DNA from: Ferrimicrobium sp.
GTDB lineage: Bacteria > Actinomycetota > Acidimicrobiia > Acidimicrobiales > Acidimicrobiaceae
Reading direction: 5' to 3'
DNA: 64,000 nt
Assembly: GCF_027319265.1 (NCBI RefSeq)
Contig: NZ_DAHVNP010000049.1
Location: forward strand, 11,558-75,557
Shown here: positions 55,365 through 64,000 of the stretch, in pieces
Numbering within the stretch: the stretch's first letter is position 1
Layout: each line of letters opens with the position of its first letter
Program-made: the position numbers and the translations under genes
Notes under the pieces: generated by a model
What the model was told of the DNA's origin: nothing
Databases searched by the model: none
The model's input: only the letters and a program-made list of their open reading frames with translations

Positions 55365-56181
55365 TGTCTTGCCTCGCGAGCTCCATTGCGTCGATCAGCC
55401 TGAGATACTCCATCACCGGAGTGACCTCATGCACGCGAACCACCGAGGCCCCATGCGTCAGCGCCCATATATTCGCTGCCAGACTCTCCTCTTCGCGTTG
55501 TGCGGGGTCTTCGATCCGGTTGAGCCTCGAAAGACCGGCTAAAAAGGACTTACGCGAGATCCCGACGAGGACAGGCGCACCAAGATCACAAAAACGCATA
55601 AGATGGCGCAACAGCTCCAGGTTATGGTGGATCGATTTGCCGAAACCGATGCCCGGATCGAGATAGAGTTCCTGGACACCAAAGGTCTGTGCATCTTGAC
55701 GACACGCCGCAAGGAAACGATACACCTCATCGACGACATCGGTGTAATGGGGTGCTTGTTGCATCGTCGTTGGATCACCCTGTGCATGCATCGCGACCCA
55801 ACCCGCCCCAAACTCTGCCGCCACCCGGCCAAGTGAAGCACTGACGTCATTGACGATGGTGGCTCCATGCGCGAGTGCCGACCGAGCAACTGCTTCCTTA
55901 CGAGTGTCGATCGAGACCACACCGACCTCGGCAAGCGCCTCGACTACCGGCAAGACTCGGCGTTCTTCCTCATCATCGGGGACCGTTCGCGCTCCTGGAC
56001 GGGTTGACTCACCACCAACATCGACGATCGCGGCTCCCTGGGCAAAGAGTTCCCTGCCGTGGTCAATGGCGTCCTGAGTATCAACATACCTACCTCCATC
56101 GGAAAACGAGTCAGGAGTGACGTTGACGATCCCCATGACCGCCGGTCGTGGTCGATGCGACGGCGCTAGGGTCCCACTCAT
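55357..56181 (-). CDS. folP: Dihydropteroate synthase
   Basis: MGIVNVTPDSFSDGG, DVGGESTRPG, LDPGIGFGK and SRKSF. Confidence 0.92.
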   Translation of the reverse strand: MSGTLAPSHRPRPAVMGIVNVTPDSFSDGGRYVDTQDAIDHGRELFAQGAAIVDVGGESTRPGARTVPDDEEERRVLPVVEALAEVGVVSIDTRKEAVARSALAHGATIVNDVSASLGRVAAEFGAGWVAMHAQGDPTTMQQAPHYTDVVDEVYRFLAACRQDAQTFGVQELYLDPGIGFGKSIHHNLELLRHLMRFCDLGAPVLVGISRKSFLAGLSRLNRIEDPAQREEESLAANIWALTHGASVVRVHEVTPVMEYLRLIDAMELARQDNE

Positions 56182-56699
56182 CGCGCACCAGCCGACACCG
56201 TGAACTCAGTGCTGACTCGAACCCCTGGCTTGTTCACTCCACGCATCGACATGCATAGGTGCTCAGCGACCACACTCACCTTGACCGCACGAGATCCGGT
56301 CACTTTCGCGATATCCTGGGCGATGTCCCGAGTCATGCGTTCTTGGAGTTGGAGGCGATGCGCATGTCGTTCGACGACGTGGACCAGCGCCGAGATCCCG
56401 ACGACCGCGTCTACAGGCAGATATTCAATGGTTACGTTTCCAAAGAACGGCAAAAGATGATGTTCGCACAACGAGTAGAAGCTGACCGCCTCCAAATGGA
56501 CCGACCCACCATCGTTGAGTTCAAAACGCACCGCCGAGGGCTCTAGCTCCCCCAACCCGTCAGTTGCCGACTCAAGAAAGGTGATCCAACGCTCCGGCGT
56601 ATGGTCGTATACCTCTCGATCGAACTGTACTCCGCTGCGGCCACCAAGGTAAGCAAGAATCTCCCCAACGGCAGCAACCGCCTCATCGCGTGTGGTCAC
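56178..56699 (-). CDS. folE: GTP cyclohydrolase I
   Basis: FYSLCEHHLLPF and LQLQERMT. The GTG start overlaps the hpt stop by 1 nt. Confidence 0.9.
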   Translation of the reverse strand: MTTRDEAVAAVGEILAYLGGRSGVQFDREVYDHTPERWITFLESATDGLGELEPSAVRFELNDGGSVHLEAVSFYSLCEHHLLPFFGNVTIEYLPVDAVVGISALVHVVERHAHRLQLQERMTRDIAQDIAKVTGSRAVKVSVVAEHLCMSMRGVNKPGVRVSTEFTVSAGAR

Positions 56700-57244
56700 T
56701 AGAGCTTCTCACGATACTTCGCGATGTACGAGAGGTTCCGATACTTTTCCGCCACATCAAGACCATACCCGACGACGAACTCCCGTGGAATCGAGAAACC
56801 AACGTAGTCAGGTGCGACTAATTCGCGCTGCTCACCCTCTTTGAGCAGCAAGGTACACACCCTCAGCGACTGAGGATTTCTGGAACGCAAGTTGTGCAAC
56901 AGATACCGCAGTGTGAGTCCACTCTCAATAATATCTTCGACCAACAAGACATCGCGATCCACAAGATCGATGTCGAGATCCTTGATAATTCTTACGACAC
57001 CGGAGGTCTTCGTTGCATCACCATAGGACGAGACCGCCATGAAATCGACACTCACCGGGAGATCAATCGCTCTTGCAAGGTCAGTCATAAAGACGAAGGC
57101 ACCCTTGAGAACGCCGATCAGGAGCGGAGAGCGACCCCGATAGTCCTGGGTGATCGTCGCACCAAGCTCCTCAACTCGCTGTGCGATTCTTTCAGCACTG
57201 ACCACCACCTCACCGAGATGTTTGTCCTCATCACGCCAACCCAT
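56699..57244 (-). CDS. hpt: Hypoxanthine-guanine phosphoribosyltransferase
   Basis: [14 protein letters not shown] (PRPP loop) and FVVGYGLD. The start is assigned to ATG 57244. Confidence 0.9.
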   Translation of the reverse strand: MGWRDEDKHLGEVVVSAERIAQRVEELGATITQDYRGRSPLLIGVLKGAFVFMTDLARAIDLPVSVDFMAVSSYGDATKTSGVVRIIKDLDIDLVDRDVLLVEDIIESGLTLRYLLHNLRSRNPQSLRVCTLLLKEGEQRELVAPDYVGFSIPREFVVGYGLDVAEKYRNLSYIAKYREKL

Positions 57245-57540
57245 ACCTTCAACCTCTCTCCGCGAGCCCAGCAACCCAATCCATCTTAGGACCGTGACAT
57301 CATCGTTACCCTCAAGGACAGCTCCTTGTCAAGGTGACGCTCCAGCCCATCAGATGCGATGGGAGGAGCCGTCTTCACCACAGCGATCACCGGTGTCTTC
57401 TCGGCCGACCGCGAGCAGCACACAGCGTCAGCGGCCTCCTCGATGCTAGGGCCGCCGACTCATCACCGTAGGACCATGCAACAGCTCCTGAGTTGTGGAA
57501 CGACTGGGCAATCAGCCCTGCGTAGCGCCCCAATAGCTAC

Positions 57541-58482
57541 TCATAGTGGAAACTGTAGGAGACAACTCCCGTCATTGTCGTAAAACATGAGTTCATCACC
57601 TATTCTTCGAACAGTGATCGCACCAACGATCTGATGGGCCCTCCGCTGGCCGACCGCGACCTCACGGATCGCTTCAAGGTGCGCACCATCGAGCCTGAGC
57701 CCCAAGCCTTTCGAAAGCAACCCATTGAGTTGGTGGCGCGCGAGTATCGGAGGGAGCTCCTCCAAGCGCCAGGGCACCTCATCTAAGAGCACCTCCACGG
57801 CCGCTGCGTACTCCTGAGAACGCAGGGCTGTGCGCGCGAGAATAGGAATCACATCACGCTGGACGATAGCCGCTGCCAACGGTAGAAGCTCGCTCCGTAC
57901 ACGATTGCGAACAAAACGCGGATCGACGTTGCTGGGATCATCAAAGGACCATATGCCAGCCGCATCACAGAGAAGATGGAGCTCGGTGCGGCGTAGACGA
58001 AGGATGGGGTGTCTACGTCCCGGCTGCATGCCGCCAACTCCTACCAGACCCGCACCTCGCAACAGATTGGCGAGCACCGTTTCCGCTTGATCGTCCATGG
58101 TGTGGGCAGTCGCGGCATCTCCGAGTTTCATGAGTCGCGCTTGCCGTGCTCGATCCTCGAGGTTACCACCCGTCTCCAGGACAACGCGGTACTCCAGGAC
58201 GCCAATGCCGTACGGTCCCAAGGCGTCCGCAATCATGGCTCCCTCGACGTTTGAGCCAGTACGAAGACCATGGTCAACGTGGATCCCGATGACCTGTTGA
58301 TGGTTTGCCCACGCAAGGAGGGCAAGACCCATCGAGTCACGCCCGCCAGAGATCCCAACCCGTACCGGTTCCTGCCCCCACAGATCGAGATCCGAACGCG
58401 CGATCAGTTCCCGAAGCGAGACACCACGACGACTAAGTTCTCCTGCTATGGCCTCTCGACGCGCACTCGGCATGGGAGTCAA
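57541..58482 (-). CDS. tilS: tRNA(Ile)-lysidine synthase (short form, no obvious C-terminal domain)
   Basis: PP-loop VGISGGRDSMGL, VDHGLR and AHTMDDQAET. It is 313 aa. Confidence 0.85.
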   Translation of the reverse strand: MTPMPSARREAIAGELSRRGVSLRELIARSDLDLWGQEPVRVGISGGRDSMGLALLAWANHQQVIGIHVDHGLRTGSNVEGAMIADALGPYGIGVLEYRVVLETGGNLEDRARQARLMKLGDAATAHTMDDQAETVLANLLRGAGLVGVGGMQPGRRHPILRLRRTELHLLCDAAGIWSFDDPSNVDPRFVRNRVRSELLPLAAAIVQRDVIPILARTALRSQEYAAAVEVLLDEVPWRLEELPPILARHQLNGLLSKGLGLRLDGAHLEAIREVAVGQRRAHQIVGAITVRRIGDELMFYDNDGSCLLQFPL

Positions 58483-58513
58483 TTTATCCTGGATCGCCGA
58501 CGGGAGGTGGCGC

Positions 58514-59521
58514 CTAGGCTCTTCGGACCGATGGCGTCCTTTGTGACATGCGACGAAGCCAACAAGCTGGATCCGTCAGCTCGTCAGCTGTTGGCAGGCC
58601 ATCTGGCGTATTAAAGACGCGCTGAGGTGCGCGTTCATCGGCCTCGGCGATCGCCTGAAAAAACTGCAGCCCCACGGAGTACTGGCGGCGCTTCGATGCA
58701 ATCCCAGAGAACTGGGCGACGATTTTGCCTAGACCGGCGGCCTGCCTTCGTTCGTCGATCACGTCCTCAAACGCATCCCGATGAGGGATCACCTCCGTTG
58801 ATACCTGGCGCATCACCCACTCGGCATGTCCTTCGGCGACCGTCATCATGGTGGTCGCCTCCTTCGCCACTGCCCGAAGTCGTTCTGGCAGAAAGAGGGT
58901 GGCCACGTCAATCGGCTCACCCGAGCCAAGACCGCGTAATCTCGCCAAAACCTCACCGACCAGATCGATCGGAGAGATCGTCGAGGCCCTAAAGAGCTGC
59001 CCCATCAATTCGAGAAGACGTTCGCGGAACCAAGGAACTCCATGGAACTGCGCCCGATGGGTGAGTTCATGCACGAGGACCCACAACGCAACCTCATCGG
59101 CGTCTAACTGCGCGTGCGCCGCAAAACGGTTGATGTTCTCATCGACCATCCACACGGCAGGTGAGCCGACAGCGAAGGCCGGATCGTACTGTCCGAGCAC
59201 CTTAGAAGCGAAGCCCCCCAACAGGGCACCGAGTGCCACCGCGTTCAGTTCAGCCATGCCGATAGAGCTCAAACGCGATGGTGGGGTCAACCGCTCGATC
59301 AGTCCGGCGTAGGAGTTGATATTACGCTCTGCCCAACCCTCACGATCGACCCCCTCGATAGTGAGGGTGCCAAGATCAAGCTCGAGACCCGTCAGCTCAT
59401 GGACGACACGACTCGCCGTGGCTGCGAGCCTCTGATAATCACGATCAGTGTGCCCGGCTGACTGGTGAATGAGGAGTTTTGCTGTCGTACTAGCAATACG
59501 ACGGGCGACGACTTCAGCCAC
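58514..59521 (-). CDS. Zinc-dependent metalloprotease, DUF2342 family
   Basis: 335 aa with an intact HExxH (VLVHELTHRAQF) and TVAEGHAEWV. Confidence 0.75.
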   Translation of the reverse strand: MAEVVARRIASTTAKLLIHQSAGHTDRDYQRLAATASRVVHELTGLELDLGTLTIEGVDREGWAERNINSYAGLIERLTPPSRLSSIGMAELNAVALGALLGGFASKVLGQYDPAFAVGSPAVWMVDENINRFAAHAQLDADEVALWVLVHELTHRAQFHGVPWFRERLLELMGQLFRASTISPIDLVGEVLARLRGLGSGEPIDVATLFLPERLRAVAKEATTMMTVAEGHAEWVMRQVSTEVIPHRDAFEDVIDERRQAAGLGKIVAQFSGIASKRRQYSVGLQFFQAIAEADERAPQRVFNTPDGLPTADELTDPACWLRRMSQRTPSVRRA

Positions 59522-59542
59522 ACCACACCTCCTAGCGTTAGC

Positions 59543-59743
59543 CTAGGCGATCTTTTTGCGCCCACGTGTTCGTGGGACAACAAGAGGTTCGTGGAGATAA
59601 CAGTATTTACCCTTGTTGTAGATTGAGAGCGCGGTCCCGCACCCAGGTTCTTTGCACACTCGGCCCTTATCAAAGGTCCGAGCGGGCCGACCTGTTCCAG
59701 ACGTGTCTGGAACGTTCACTATTTGATCCCCTCCGTAAGGCAT
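59543..59743 (-). CDS. Small basic zinc-ribbon-like protein, hypothetical
   Basis: 66 aa with CKEPGCGTALSIYNKGKYCYLHE (C-x4-C...C-x2-H) and a basic tail RTRGRKKIA. Confidence 0.45.
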   Translation of the reverse strand: MPYGGDQIVNVPDTSGTGRPARTFDKGRVCKEPGCGTALSIYNKGKYCYLHEPLVVPRTRGRKKIA

Positions 59744-59771
59744 ACAACCTATAACGGATCAAAGATTGGAA

Positions 59772-60062
59772 CTATTCCGAACTTCCATTCGGAGCGAGGC
59801 GGTCCTCCTCCTCGATCAACAACGCGAGCTTGTGCATAAGACTCGGGGGCACCTGCTCCTTGGAGTGCGAGACGATCACTGCTCGCAGCTCAGCTTCGAA
59901 CTCGAAGGCCTCCAGACATGATCCACAGTGATCGAGGTGTTCACGCACCCGTTCACGCCGATCGTCAGTGAGCTCGCTATCGAGAAACTCATAGAGCTGC
60001 GCAATCACCTTCCGGCACTCTTCCGGCTCGTCATCACTATCGACTGTTCTCAAAGCATCCAT
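59772..60062 (-). CDS. rsrA: Anti-sigma factor, zinc-associated (ZAS) RsrA/RshA type
   Basis: REHLDHCGSCLEAFEFE carries the H-x3-C-x2-C motif. It lies immediately downstream of the ECF sigma gene. Confidence 0.8.
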   Translation of the reverse strand: MDALRTVDSDDEPEECRKVIAQLYEFLDSELTDDRRERVREHLDHCGSCLEAFEFEAELRAVIVSHSKEQVPPSLMHKLALLIEEEDRLAPNGSSE

Positions 60063-60076
60063 ATCCTCGATGATCC

Positions 60077-60664
60077 TTATGACCGGCTACCCTCTTCGAG
60101 ATTACCACTTACCGCGGCTTTCCGAAGTTCCAACTCCAATAACGCTCGTTGCATCGCTCTTCTTCCCCGATGTAGCCGACTCATCACCGTTCCCAGCGGT
60201 ACCTCCATGATCTCAGCGATCTCCTTATAGGAGAATCCTTCAATATCGGAGAGCACAACGGCCAGTCGAAACTGATCAGGCAACGAGTCGATCGCCGCCT
60301 TCACATCGGTATCGGTGATCCGATCAAGCACCTCTTCCTCAGCGCTGCGACCAGCCTGCACCGCCTCGAGACCGCCAAGACGACGGTAGAGATAGAGGTC
60401 TTCGACGTCCTCGAGGTTGCTCTCATCCGGGCGACGTTTCTTGGCACGATAGATATTGATGTATGTGTTGGTAAGGATACGATAGAGCCAGGCCTTCAGG
60501 TTCGTACCCTCTTGGAAGGAACCATAACCCCGATAGGCCTTCAGGAAGGTCTCCTGCACCAAGTCTTCGGCGTCGGCCGCGTTATGGGTCATGCGGAAGG
60601 CGGCCGAGTAGAGATTTTCAGCGTACTGCATCGCATCGGAGGAGAAGTTCTTTTTATCCGCCAC
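60077..60664 (-). CDS. sigH: ECF RNA polymerase sigma factor SigH/SigR type
   Basis: Region 2 is [17 protein letters not shown]. Region 4 is [37 protein letters not shown]. Confidence 0.88.
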   Translation of the reverse strand: MADKKNFSSDAMQYAENLYSAAFRMTHNAADAEDLVQETFLKAYRGYGSFQEGTNLKAWLYRILTNTYINIYRAKKRRPDESNLEDVEDLYLYRRLGGLEAVQAGRSAEEEVLDRITDTDVKAAIDSLPDQFRLAVVLSDIEGFSYKEIAEIMEVPLGTVMSRLHRGRRAMQRALLELELRKAAVSGNLEEGSRS

Positions 60665-60769
60665 TCATTATCCAATCATTCGAAGAAATCTGTTGCGTCG
60701 AACCGCAACGCCGGCACCGGTGACCCATCCTCGTTGGTCAGATCATTCAATGACCGGCCCCTGACGCAG

Positions 60770-60842
60770 AGCCCGAGAGGGGATTCGAACCCCTGACCTG
60801 CTCATTACGAGTGAGCTGCTCTACCGACTGAGCTACCCGGGC
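60770..60842 (-). tRNA. tRNA-Thr (anticodon CGT)
   Basis: The reverse complement is GCCCGGGTAGCTCAGTCGGTAGAGCAGCTCACTCGTAATGAGCAGGTCAGGGGTTCGAATCCCCTCTCGGGC. It forms a cloverleaf with GTTCGAATC in the T-loop. CCA is not encoded. Confidence 0.9.
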
Positions 60843-60868
60843 CTAACGTTTGTCTGGGAGTAGCTTAG

Positions 60869-61747
60869 CTAACCGGAGCGCAGAATCAGCTCAGCCAAGA
60901 CGACCTGAATGGGAAGATGCAGTTTCAGCGACGTTGAGGCGCGGGCCGCACGACGAAGCCAATCGCCGCTGTCGGCGTGGGAGGCGACAAGAATTTCAAG
61001 GCCACATTGAATGATCTCCTCTGACGCCGAAACACTACCGAGATCCTCTGGCGTTAACCGATGGACCAGCTCCATGCACCACCGAGCATCGTCTCGGATC
61101 AGACCAGGGAGTTCCTCATACGTGGACAGATATCGCTCTGCATCAGTCAGCCGCGCAAAGAGTTCCACCCTGTCGAGACGGCGCCGTGTCCATCTGATCA
61201 GCAACTCACTGGGCTCAAGCTTGTACTCTCGAAAACGGTCCCAGACCTCACTATCGCTTGGCGCTTCGAGTTCGACCGTGAGACAGCGCGACGCCACCGG
61301 GGCGAGCTCCGCACCGATCAATGCCGCTGATAGCAGCCATTTCGTGGCGGTAGGAGGCTCCTCAAGCGCCTTCAAGATCACCGGGAACGTCAAACGCAGC
61401 GTATCGATATCAGGGATGACAACCACGCGGTATCGTGCTTGTGCAGGAGCGAGGCTCGCGAATCGAACGATCCGCCGCAACTCCTCAACAGGAACCGACT
61501 TATGTTGCTCACCTTGTGCCCAGAGGACGTCGGGATGTTCTCCGTCAGCTACCGCACGGCACGACGGGCACTGGCCACACCCTCCGCAGGTGCCGACTAG
61601 CGCCTGAGCAATGGCGCCCAACAGCTCGTCAGCGCCACAACCTCGGGGTCCTTTCAGGAGATAACTTGAGGAGTCAGCCGCCAGGGCCTGCGTGATGCGG
61701 TCGACCGTCGTGGGTCGATACGCACGGAAGGCAGCAAGTGTCCTCAC
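60869..61747 (-). CDS. holB: DNA polymerase III subunit delta-prime
   Basis: LLKGPRGCGADEL (degenerate P-loop), Zn module CGGCGQCPSCRAV and GEHPDV. It overlaps the tmk stop by 4 nt. Confidence 0.8.
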   Translation of the reverse strand: MRTLAAFRAYRPTTVDRITQALAADSSSYLLKGPRGCGADELLGAIAQALVGTCGGCGQCPSCRAVADGEHPDVLWAQGEQHKSVPVEELRRIVRFASLAPAQARYRVVVIPDIDTLRLTFPVILKALEEPPTATKWLLSAALIGAELAPVASRCLTVELEAPSDSEVWDRFREYKLEPSELLIRWTRRRLDRVELFARLTDAERYLSTYEELPGLIRDDARWCMELVHRLTPEDLGSVSASEEIIQCGLEILVASHADSGDWLRRAARASTSLKLHLPIQVVLAELILRSG

Positions 61748-62370
61748 CCAATACCCTCCTGTGCAAGCACCCCGACAAGACGCTCGGTAACCGACTCGGG
61801 CGAACCATCACCACTGAGGAGCACCCACCCAAAGCGACGGGCAAGAATCTGATAGCGCACGCGGCGCTCGTGCCAGCCGTCAAGTCCAGAGAACTCAAAG
61901 CGATCAAGGGTGTCGAGTGCCCCCAGTGGTGCGGCACAGTCGAGAATGATGGTGATCTCTGGCCGTCGAAAGACCGGCAGACTCGTAAGCTGGAGGACTA
62001 CCTCCTCACCCAGCTGAGCGCCTTGGTAGACAAGCGTAGAGGGGGTATAACGGTCAAGGATGACGAGTTCACCACGGCGTAGGGCGGGCTCAATCACTTC
62101 GTTGAGATGGCGCGCTCGCCCCGCAAGAAAGAGAAAGAGCTCGGTCCACCCGTCAACTGACTCCCCAAGGAGCATGGTTCGGATCGTCTCTCCCAACGCA
62201 TCCCCTCCAGGTTCGCGCGAGACACAAACCGACCGCTTGCGCTGTCGGAACCATTGAGCCAGCCGCTCTACCTGGGTTGACTTACCGACGTGGTCGGGTC
62301 CCTCCAACACCACCAGGGCACCGCCTTGACGATCATCCACGATCGTTATTGAGCTTAGCCTTGCGTTCAT
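61744..62370 (-). CDS. tmk: Thymidylate kinase
   Basis: VVLEGPDHVGKSTQ P-loop, SREPGG and LDRYTPST. Confidence 0.88.
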   Translation of the reverse strand: MNARLSSITIVDDRQGGALVVLEGPDHVGKSTQVERLAQWFRQRKRSVCVSREPGGDALGETIRTMLLGESVDGWTELFLFLAGRARHLNEVIEPALRRGELVILDRYTPSTLVYQGAQLGEEVVLQLTSLPVFRRPEITIILDCAAPLGALDTLDRFEFSGLDGWHERRVRYQILARRFGWVLLSGDGSPESVTERLVGVLAQEGIG

Positions 62371-64000
62371 TGAGCAGGTCGAGCGCCTGTTCGAGCGTTA
62401 CCTCAGTCGGCTCCATTCCTCGCGGAAGCGAGGCGTTGACCTTCCCATCGGTGACATAGGGACCAAAGCGACCGGAGCGTAGCACCACCTTTGCCTCTCC
62501 TTCGGGGTCGACACCAAGCTCAACTGAACTGGCACGACGAGCGCCACGTCGCTTTGGTTCCTTGAACTTGGCCAGTGCTTCGTCAAGATCAATAGTGAAG
62601 ATCTCCTCCGGTTTATCGAGTGAGCGCGTCTCGCGTCCACGCGTCAGGTACGGACCGAACCTGCCATTCTGGGCAAAGATCTCCTGGCCCACCTCTGGAT
62701 CGATGCCAACCATGCGAGGAAGCGATAGCAGCGAACGTGCCTCATCAAGGGTGACCGACTCCACGGTCATCGACGGGAACAAGGACGCACGTTTGAGCTC
62801 CTTGCTATCGCCTTCACCAAGCTGGACATAGCCTCCATAGCGCCCAAGCCGGGCAAAGACTGGAGTCCCATCGACCTCGCCGAGCGGGCGCTCCTTGACC
62901 TGGGAGGAGGACAGGAGCGCCAGAGCACTCTCCATCGTCAGCTCATCGGGCGTCACCGTATCCGGCAGACTCGCCGTCTGATCATCGAGCTGCACGTAGG
63001 GGCCATAGCGCCCAACTCGTACAACGACCTCGCGTCCATCGTCAGTGAGGCCAATCGGGATTGTATTGACCATACGCGCATCGATCTCGCCGAGGCGGAC
63101 CAGCACTTCCTCCTTCAACCCATCGTTGTCATCGCCAAAGTAGAAGTGACGAAGATAAGGAATAGCTTCGCGTTCGCCAGAGGCGATGGCGTCCAGCTCG
63201 TCCTCGAGCTGAGCAGTGAAGTCGTAGTTCACGAGGTCGGCGAAGTAGCGCTCCATGAGTTGGACAACTGCAAAGGCGACGAAACTAGGGACGAGTGCCT
63301 GACCCTTCTTCCATGCGTAGCCACGATCAAGCAGCGTTGAGATGATGCTGGCATAGGTTGATGGGCGACCGATGCCACGCTCTTCCAACGCCTTGACAAG
63401 GGTGGCCTCAGTGTAACGGGCGGGCGGGTTGGTGACATGATCGACGACCTCAATACCGTGCTCAATGAGCCGTTGCCCGTTGATGACCTCCGGCAACTCT
63501 TGGGCATCCTCATTCTCTTCGATGTGCTCTTGATAGATGCGGAAGAAGCCAGGTGCATTGATGACTCTGCCAGACGTAGCAAAGGTGATAGGAGCCCCCA
63601 ACGCAAGGGGCTGAACAGCGAGGTTGACGTTGGCTGTCACTGGGGCGTCGATCGTCACCGAGACGACCACCCCGATCGCATCGTTCATCTGCGAAGCGAG
63701 CGTTCTTCTCCAGATGAGTTCATAGAGTCGCAACTCATCACCGCTGAGCTGCCCATCGAGATCCTCAGGCGCGCGCCACTCATCCCCTGCCGGTCGAATC
63801 GCCTCATGGGCTTCCTGGGCATTTTTGATCTTCGATCGGTACACCCGCGGGTTAGCCGGGAGTTCACCCGCGCCGAATCGAGCACCGATGACCCGACGCG
63901 CCTCAGTGAGTGCGTCTGCTGACAAGATGACTGAATCGGTTCGCATATAGGTGATAAAACCGCGCTCATAGAGACGCTGGGCGACACTCATCGTCCTCGA
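62333..64000 (-). CDS. topA: DNA topoisomerase I (C-terminal ~555 codons; 5' end off-window)
   Basis: ITYMRTDS is the catalytic Tyr motif. Repeated C-terminal GRYGPYVQ, GRYGGYVQ, GRFGPYLT and GRFGPYVT units are typical of actinobacterial Zn-finger-less TopA. The frame is open to 64000. Confidence 0.92.
   Translation of the reverse strand, partial: SRTMSVAQRLYERGFITYMRTDSVILSADALTEARRVIGARFGAGELPANPRVYRSKIKNAQEAHEAIRPAGDEWRAPEDLDGQLSGDELRLYELIWRRTLASQMNDAIGVVVSVTIDAPVTANVNLAVQPLALGAPITFATSGRVINAPGFFRIYQEHIEENEDAQELPEVINGQRLIEHGIEVVDHVTNPPARYTEATLVKALEERGIGRPSTYASIISTLLDRGYAWKKGQALVPSFVAFAVVQLMERYFADLVNYDFTAQLEDELDAIASGEREAIPYLRHFYFGDDNDGLKEEVLVRLGEIDARMVNTIPIGLTDDGREVVVRVGRYGPYVQLDDQTASLPDTVTPDELTMESALALLSSSQVKERPLGEVDGTPVFARLGRYGGYVQLGEGDSKELKRASLFPSMTVESVTLDEARSLLSLPRMVGIDPEVGQEIFAQNGRFGPYLTRGRETRSLDKPEEIFTIDLDEALAKFKEPKRRGARRASSVELGVDPEGEAKVVLRSGRFGPYVTDGKVNASLPRGMEPTEVTLEQALDLLNERKAKLNNDRG

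Noticed and set aside
60665-60769. Autoregulatory SigH/SigR promoter (GGAAT-N18-GTT) upstream of sigH
   Set aside because: No convincing match was seen. There is only a 6-bp-stem hairpin (GTTGCG-N6-CGCAAC, 60691-60708), which is insufficient to call a promoter.

Overview
Moderately high-GC actinobacterial chromosome segment, probably Acidimicrobiia-like. This is judged from gene content: sigH-rsrA, carD-ispDF, disA-radA-clpC, UPF0182, a mycobacterial-type Zn-finger-less TopA C-terminus and an Rv0081-0087-like locus. About 60 protein genes are densely packed, often with 1-8 nt start/stop overlaps, plus 2 tRNAs. I saw no rRNA, CRISPR array or transposase.

The core backbone comprises:
- Central metabolism: sdhA (partial), zwf, mdh, icd and an acyl-CoA dehydrogenase.
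- Translation: valS, cysS and lysS.
- DNA and protein maintenance: carD, ispDF, rlmB, disA, radA and clpC.
- The coaX-folKBPE-hpt-tilS cluster.
- sigH-rsrA, holB, tmk and topA (partial).

The accessory or unusual part lies between about 20.2 and 36 kb:
- An initiator tRNA-fMet gene is followed by two ~95-bp direct repeats of its 3' half. They bracket an integrase-less MarR/epimerase cassette.
- Next come an integrase-N-terminus::excisionase-HTH chimera and a Fic gene frameshifted in a poly-C run.
- Then a CDF metal exporter.
- Then an ArsR-led, translationally coupled six-gene complex I / group-4-hydrogenase-related (Ehr-type) membrane complex. Its large subunit has lost both Ni-Fe Cys pairs.
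- Finally an arsD-arsA-DsrE-like module with no permease or reductase.

Other notable items:
- A DivIVA/coiled-coil/phage-MuF-like fusion protein sits between the conserved PDZ-Lon-like and UPF0182 genes.
- An AAA+/VWA pair.
- A degenerate MreB-like protein.
- Two DUF2342-type metalloprotease paralogs, one without HExxH.
- A DUF488 gene with an in-frame TAA.
- Several small repeats and palindromes in intergenic DNA.

All calls rest on reading the translated ORFs and the nucleotide sequence by eye. No database search was run.
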